A stretch of 63,093 bases of DNA, the filler included, from Alcyonidium flabelliforme (Eukaryota), in NCBI GenBank assembly GCA_026167845.1. It is 32 parts of 32 records of this genome, joined end to end, with 100 filler letters (N's around TTAATTAATTAA, not from the genome) between each part and the next. Parts side by side here need not be neighbours in the genome. Positions count along the whole stretch, not along the records: positions 55,839 to 57,581 come from JAOQFJ010000082.1; positions 57,682 to 59,422 come from JAOQFJ010000083.1; positions 59,523 to 61,258 come from JAOQFJ010000084.1; positions 61,359 to 63,093 come from JAOQFJ010000085.1; 28 more parts are not named here. The stretch is one strand, 5' to 3'. A program made the translations under genes and the position numbers. This document shows positions 55,931-63,093 of this stretch, piece after piece; the stretch's first letter is position 1; each line of letters begins with the position of its first letter. Below the pieces are notes generated by a model. It was not told the DNA's origin. It saw only the letters and a list, made by a program, of their open reading frames with translations, and ran no database searches.

Positions 55931-57495
55931 AATCAAGATTCAGATATCTTAACTTCAGTATGTGGTGTGTTTGTTAAAAAATCATTGCTAGATAGTAATA
56001 AGTTGCAGTTTAATGAAAATCTTAAGGTGATTTTTGAAGATACACATTTCATTAATAAATATATCTTATTTAATAGTAAAGGCAGAATGGGTTTTGTTAA
56101 AGATGCTAAATATTATCATCGTAATACGGTGTCCCATGCAATTGATCCAGTATGGGAAGAACCTAGCAATTTTGATATGACAATTTCAGAAAGCTTATTA
56201 GATTTATGTCGTATTTCAATGGAAAGAACAAACTACGTTCCCATTAGTATTCAAATAACAGTGCTTTATCATGTAACTTGGATAGTATCAAAGATCATTG
56301 ATAATGATTTAGCTGTTGGATTTCTCGAAGGTCATCAGAAGCAGCGTTTTCTAGCCTTATTAGATGAAATATTTTATTACATTGATGAGGATTGTATTCT
56401 TAGCTATGGGTATTCTAAAGCTTTATTTGCTAATAAGATTGGCTTGTTAAATGTATTTAAAAATAAAGCTATTGAATCGGGTCTGCAAAGAGCCTATATA
56501 GATAGTTATAACCATAATAAAAAGTTATTTCGTGTTCGATACTTTAGCAACAGCCAAGATGATTTAATAAGTTTTAAATTTGATAAAGAAGATATTATTC
56601 CTAGTCATATGAAAATTTTGCAGCATGATCTATTAGATAGAGTATTTAATTTTGAGTATATTATATGGGTTAAGATTCCAGAGAAAAATAATATCTTAAA
56701 TTTATTTGTCAATAATAGTCAGTCTGTTTTACATCTTGGAGCTAAACGATTTAAAAATTTAGGAAAACAGAATATATTTGATTTTTTTGAAGATTCTGGT
56801 GAAGTTGTTCCTCTCAATAAACAGACTTGGTTCTTTATTGATAGCGATTTAAAAGCTGATGATAATGCAGAGCACCTATATCGTTATGTTATGAATAACA
56901 CGGAGATGCGTAAGGAACAGTTATTGTTCGGATTAAATGCGACATCACATGATTGGAGTAGGCTAAAAGCAGAAGGCTTCAACCTTGTAGATATGCAAGA
57001 TTTTGAAGCTAATATAGCATTAAGGTCAAGTAATAAGATTTTAAGCTCAAATGCTAGTGACTACATTATGTATTTTGATGGAAAAAAAAGTTTACTCAAC
57101 AAAAACTTTGTGTTTTTACAGCATGGAGTTATACATAATGATTTATCACAATGGTTAAAAGCAAAAGACTTTGATTTCTTTTTAACAAGTACTGTAGATG
57201 AGTATAATAGTATTGCAGGGAATATATCTAACTACTTTTTTACAGATAGAGAGGTTAAATTAACAGGTCAGCCTCGTTATGATAGTTTATTTGTAGGCAA
57301 TGATACACAAAAGCAAATTCTCATTATGCCTACTTGGCGTAAAGATATAGTAGGTAGGCTTGTAAGTGGCAAAACTGCTGAACGTGAGTTTAATCCAAAT
57401 TTTATGCAAACTGATTATGCACAAAGATGGCAAAGCTTTCTAAATAACGAAGATTTGAAACAGTTAAGCTTAGAGTACGGCTATAAAATAGTATA
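55930..57495 (+). CDS. CDP-glycerol glycerophosphotransferase (TagF-like capsule/teichoic acid polymerase), internal fragment
   Basis: ADDNAEHLYRY, FLQHGV, TGQPRYD, ILIMPTWR. Confidence 0.88.
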
Positions 57496-57681
57496 TTTGT
57501 TCATTTTCTCCACTATGATAGTAGAATTATTTCGTTTGTTAGCCACTTCTATCCTTGCACCCACTCGTTTCAGTATTATCTNNNNNNNNNNNNNNNNNNN
57601 NNNNNNNNNNNNNNNNNNNNNNNNNTTAATTAATTAANNNNNNNNNNNNNNNNNNNNNNNNNNNNNNNNNNNNNNNNNNNN

Positions 57682-59422
57682 CCATCTGGATAGCTTCATT
57701 TTGCTCTTCATGCATTCTCTGTATATGGTCTTGGTGTTGTCATCAGAGGAGTACTTGTTCAGATGGTACTTAGTAACCTGCATGCATTTAACAGATGTAG
57801 TCAATCTTTTTAGTTGCAGTCCGAACCTGTCTCTGCTCCTGTAGAGGGCACTGACTGTCATACTTCTGCAAATTCCAGCCCATTTTTTAAGGTACTTGGT
57901 GCAAATCGCTTCAAGACCTTCGACAAATGTGACTGGGAAGTTGTAGATGGTGAATTCCCATGTCACTCTTGGGATTATGGCATTGTTGTAGATCCACATT
58001 TTCATGATTCCACTAAGCTGACATTTATCAGTTGTTACTAACATGTCATTTAGCTTCTTTTTGACTTTAAGCCTTATCTCATCATCTTTAAGGTCTTTAT
58101 AGATCAGCTTCCCTAGAAATTTTATAGGTTCACTGTGGATGTAGGCAATATTTTATCCATTGATTTTCAGGAGAGGGTCAAATGGAGAGTAATGGCTTGG
58201 CTGTCCCTGCTGTCGTTGTCTTGTATTTGGTACCGACTTCTTCATAGCATGTGACCGGCATTTTGATGGTTTTGCTTTCATGGTTCGGGTCCATTTTAGA
58301 AAGGTGTCAACAACATCCAGAAGTTTTTGATTGTCTGTTGGGTTCTTGGTGATGAGTGTGAGATCATCAGCATAGGCTTTCACAGTTGATGTAATTGATG
58401 TGCCTCTTATGTGATATCCAAGGTTGTTGTGTTCTTTCAGAAGATCCAGGCAGAGGTTGAAAACTGCTAGGAAGAGGATGCACGATAGTGGACATCCTTG
58501 AAAAACTCCTATACCACAGTGAATCCAGTCAGTAGTCCAATCGTTGGTTTTAACTCGGATGTAGCTTTCATCATAGTAGTTATGTACTATCTTTCTGATG
58601 GCCTCAGGAACATGATACCATTCAAGTGCAAATTGGATCAAGTTGTGTGGTACAGATCCATATGCATTTTGTAGGTCAAGCCATGTGGTCGCAATGGGGT
58701 TTCCAGTTTTCTTTGCGTCATGAAGTATTTTCGTGAGTGCTTCAGTATGTTCAATGCATCCTGCAATCTTTTCTACGAATCCTTTTAGGATGGAGGTGTC
58801 AATGTACTTATTATCTTTCAAAAAACGTATGCATCTTTGGGCAAGTATTCCCATAAATAGATTGCCGCTGGAGTTCTTCAGTGTTATTGGTCTGAAGTTG
58901 ACAGGGTTGGATGTGTCATCGTTCTTTGAGATGAGGATGGTTTCTCCAACTCTCCAGCTAATGGGGATGGCATTCCCTTTCCAGATTTTACAAAGTACAT
59001 CATGGAGTAGAGTTACAGTAAGTGGGCATTTTTTCCATACTAAATACGGAATGCGATTTGTTCCAGGGGAGCATGCATTTCTGCGTCTGTTCAAGTACTC
59101 CTGGAGTTCTGAGATGGTTGGTGGTTTGGTGTTGAATTGTTTCTCAGGTACAGGAGGTCTTTTCAAGCCATGTAATGGATGATATTTATATTCCCTCTTG
59201 TTGTCAGAGTAAGTGGTGGAGAAGTACTTCTCTGCAGCTTTTTTGGGGAAGGTTGGTTTGCTCTCATCCGGTTTGCTAAAGAGTGTCTTGGCAAATTGAT
59301 GAGGGTTCTTCCGGAATCTGCTGTACGTAATATTTCTTGAAAGTTTTTGGTGTTTTTCAAGTTCAAGTTTTCGTACTTTGTTATGGATTCTTATAAGCTT
59401 GTGGAAATCTTGCTTCCGTTCT
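57682..59422 (-). mobile_element. Non-LTR retrotransposon RT (R2 superfamily, Hero-like), decayed
   Basis: FRPITL, WLDLQNAYGSVPHNLI, GVFQGCPLS, YADDL, FLG; in-frame TAA at 58153 and a frameshift near 59165. Confidence 0.85.
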
Positions 59423-59522
59423 NNNNNNNNNNNNNNNNNNNNNNNNNNNNNNNNNNNNNNNNNNNNTTAATTAATTAANNNNNNNNNNNNNNNNNNNNNN
59501 NNNNNNNNNNNNNNNNNNNNNN

Positions 59523-61258
59523 AACGCGCTAAGCCATCCGGCCGCGTACGATGCCAACGACCCTTATTGGCAGCACAAGAACGGCCACGACGCGGAGCAA
59601 GCCCGGTTCCATTTGACTTGGGCCAACGCGCTAAGCCATCCGGCCTACTGGCGTGGCGTCAATCTGATTGCCAACACGTGTGCCAAGACTCCGCTACACG
59701 TGCTTGAGACTAGCGATCGCGGCTCTAAGAAAGCACGAGACCACCAAGCGTACAATTTGCTTCGCTACCAACCAAACGCGTGGATGGATCCAATCAACTA
59801 TTGGTCGACCGCATATTTTCACGCCATCCATTGGGGCAATCACTTGTCTTTCTTTGAGCGTGATCAATTCGAGCGGCCGCTCAACTTATGGCCGTTGCCG
59901 CCGAGATGCGCCAAGCCAACGATCATTGATGGTGAGTTGTATTACTGCGGACACGTGGCCGGCAAGGAGTTCAAGGAGCCGCAAGAGAATGTCTATCACA
60001 TTATGGGCTTGAGCAAAAATGGCGTTTGGGGTTTGCCGTTTTGGGAGATGGTGGCGAGGTTGTGTCTTGAGAAAGGTCTCACGATCATTGAGCACGGTAA
60101 GCGTTTGTTTGAGCAAGGTGCTTCTCCAACGATGACCGTCAAGTTGCCTCGCGACATGTTCAAGACCGACAAAGAGGCGGACGATTGGAAAGAGAAGTTT
60201 AAGAAATGCACAACCGGCCTCGGCCGTAGCCATTCGATTGTATTCCTACCCGAGCACGCCGAAGCCGAGCCACTCTCATTCTCATCCGAGGCAAGCCAAT
60301 TCCTTGAGAGCAACAAGTTTAACGATGTGCAAATTGCTAACCTCCTTGGTCTCCCGGCATCTAGCGTGAGTGCGGAGGGATCGGTTGCGTTTAATTCGTT
60401 TGAGGTTTCCAAGCCATCCGAGCTCGGCTCGGGAATCGGTCCTTGGTTGTGTCGGGGTGAGCAGCAAGCTCGGCGGAAGTTGATGACGGAGCGCGAGAAG
60501 CGCACCATGTCGCACAAGGTTGAATACAACCGCGACGCTCTCAAGCGTGTGGACTTCAACACGACACATGAGAACCTCCGTAAGGATCTAAACGAGGGCG
60601 GCATCACGCTCAACGAATACCGCGCGGCACTCAACTTGCCGCTGTCGGATGCACCGTGGGCCGATGAGCACCGGATGCCATCCAACATCACGTTTGCGAA
60701 GTTGGCGTTTGCCGATCTCAAAGCCGCCGACGTTGCCGTGGCAATGCAGAAAATGTATCTCGCATCCGGTGTGATCCTGGACGTCGCCGAGATTCGAGAT
60801 ATTCTCAATGATCAATTCGGTCTCACGTTGCCGTTGGACTGGGTACCGCCCACGAGCACGCCGGCCACGTTGCCACCTCCGCCGGTTGATCCTCCGGAGA
60901 ACGTGTTGACAATCGTGGAGAAAGTGGAGCCACAGCTCACGCACAGCCAACGCCAAGCGGCCAACCTAATCTTGGTCGATGGTGCTCACCGAGCGTTGCG
61001 CAAGGGTGCTCAAGTCTGTTACTCGCATTGCTCGGCGGACAATGTAGCGATTAAGTTTGCGGAGGGCGGTACCGAGTTCGTCCGCATGTATGAGGAGCTC
61101 GACAAAGCCGCCGGGCTCGCGGCCGACGTGTTGGACGTTGATAAACCAAACGTTGCTGACGTGGGTATTGATTGGGCGGCCACGGTGATTGACTCGATGG
61201 CCGATAGTCTTGGCAAATCAAACCCACCGTCCCTCCGTGAGATGATGGAAACGGCAAT
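59523..61258 (+). CDS. Phage portal protein, HK97 family, with a C-terminal extension (partial)
   Basis: VNLIANTCAKTPL, LLRYQPN, WGN, QFLE, IANLLGLP, ITLNEYR. Confidence 0.9.
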
Positions 61259-63093
61259 NNNNNNNNNNNNNNNNNNNNNNNNNNNNNNNNNNNNNNNNNN
61301 NNTTAATTAATTAANNNNNNNNNNNNNNNNNNNNNNNNNNNNNNNNNNNNNNNNNNNNGTTGTAAACATTTTATGCATTAGTTTGGCACTATGAGAGGGG
61401 GGGGGTTGCTAGGAATCAAGACTGATCCCACTTCTGAGTGCATTAGATGATTTGTAATGTTTGCGAACGTTAATTATTCTTGCAAAGCACCAGGTTCTAG
61501 AAATAAAAAAATCAAGGGCAGGGGCATTGGCCACTTTACATGTGTGTAGTGTTTGAAGCAAAACTAAAGCCTCAGTTGTCGGCTAGCCAAAATAAAGCTG
61601 CCATTTTGGCGGTGTATTTGAGTGGTGTGGACATCTGTCAACTTTGAAGTCAGCCAAAACGGTTGGGTTTTTTTTTGACTGATTTAATTTGTTATTAACC
61701 CTATTAGCCATAATATTTCAAGGGTCCTTCAAATTCGAAAAAAAAAATTGAATATGGATTTGCAAGTTCTGAAATCTGTTTGAACACCTTTGACTAAAAA
61801 AAACATGCATTTTGTTTCAGTTCAGCCTGTACAGTCTGACACATCAGCAATCTGAATCAAGTAGCTTGAAAACTGATAGGAGAGTTAAATGGACAACAGG
61901 TATTGTTTGCTTATGCAAGCACCCCGGGGCAATCACAAAGGCCAGTATTGTGTTGCACTGTTTACACAGTGGTGACTCTGAATGGACTAGGGTTTTGAAT
62001 GAACAAGCAAATACATCTAACTGCCCTCTAGATGGGTGAAAAAAATTATTGAATTTTCAAGTCAAACTTTACCCTGAGAGTTAAAACACATGGGAGATAT
62101 TTTTTATGTGCTTTTAAAGACACTGTCTTTCCTCTTTGCGTCAAAATTCAAATCAACTAGAAATGTTGTGCAAAAGTCCTTTGACAAATATAATCAACCT
62201 ACATAGAGTAAAAAAAATCCAAAAATATGTAAGGGGTGATTTGATCGACGGCTTTTTATCCTAAAAAATGTCACTCTGTCTGCAGACCGGGTTAAAGCTC
62301 CCGAAAGCCCCTTTATAATTTTTTTCGATTTTTTTTACCTGGCTGGTAAAGTTAGCTGTGCTCATCAACTCGAGATACACAAAATTAATCAGCAGTGTTT
62401 TCAAAGGTGAACTGTAATACTAAGCAAATTTGCAAAGCTGATGGCCAATACTGGCTGAGATATGTAATAATGCAACAATTTTTGTTTTCAGTTCAAGTGT
62501 TCAAGAGATCAAGCCGAAGGAAGCTGTGCTCATTGGCCGTATTGCTGCAGTTTACATTTCCTGAGCTGTACAGAGAGTGGAGGATTATTGATAGTCAGTT
62601 CCTAATTTGAAATGATGACATTTTGATGTTACTACTTTGTCTGTATCCAACACAGATCTGGCCCAAGTTTGTTCTAAAACAATCTAGGAGTAATGAAATA
62701 ATCAAATCTGTATCAAATTTCCAATGCAAAAAGCCTTGACAGGAACTGTTTTTATACACCAGTGACATCACAAATTTGATCAAAAGTTTTAAAAAAGTTT
62801 TAAAAATTTTCAAATTTTTTTTTTCAAAAATTAAAAAAGTTTGGAAAAAATTCATTAAAAACAGTGTATTATTTTAAATGGATTTTTCTCATCAAAATGG
62901 CATGTCATTTTTAGCTCTCGATGGGCTGAACTGTTCATAAGCCCCACCTCACCCCAGACCCTGAGCGAGGATACCTATATTAATATAGGTATCCCCGCTC
63001 TCTCCTGTTGTTATTTAATTTTTTACTCGCAATCTGATAAAGGCAATTTGATCAATTTCTTTTAAAAATGAAGAAACGAAGAGTTTTCAAAAT

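Noticed and set aside
57682..59422. Bacterial retron, DGR or group II intron RT
   Set aside because: Motifs fit a eukaryotic non-LTR RT, the frame is broken, and no ncRNA or accessory genes are present
59523..59645. 21-bp direct repeat at the portal start (59523-59543 and 59625-59645)
   Set aside because: The first copy is flush with the contig edge; most likely an assembly artefact
59996..60808. 270-aa antisense ORF
   Set aside because: Shadow of the GC-rich portal gene; the same applies to the antisense ORFs over the terminase and copia
61695..62296. piggyBac-like element bounded by TTAACCC...GGGTTAA
   Set aside because: The ends match for only 3 bp beyond TTAA; no TIR

Overview
This is not one locus. 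It is 32 unrelated short contigs (about 2.1 kb falling to about 1.7 kb) joined by 100-bp spacers (N-run + TTAATTAATTAA + N-run), so gene neighbourhoods are valid only within a contig. It looks like a marine host-associated metagenome with four sources. (1) AT-rich animal-like DNA with MITEs, a tRNA-derived SINE and decayed Sola-, Academ-, Gypsy- and R2/Hero-like elements. (2) Filamentous-fungus DNA with Fot1/pogo, hAT, Ty1/copia, solo LTRs and probably RIP-damaged genes. (3) Marine gammaproteobacterial and flavobacterial DNA: giant adhesin fragments, a TagF-like capsule polymerase, an RloC-like ATPase beside plasmid iterons, and a HARE-HTH/alpha-CTD/sigma4 protein. (4) Several phages: Moraxellaceae-like prophage pieces and an HK97-type terminase and portal. 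The best candidate system is a putative P1-like phage-plasmid. Contig 19017-20951 holds a C4-type antisense RNA switch upstream of rha, a mini-ArdC gene, and an origin (DnaA box, GATC repeats, five iterons) followed by a RepA start that the ORF track misses. It shares a 15-bp operator with contig 36858-38695, whose CI repressor appears to lack its autocleavage residues. At least two contigs look chimeric. Family and taxon calls come from motif recognition only; no searches were run.
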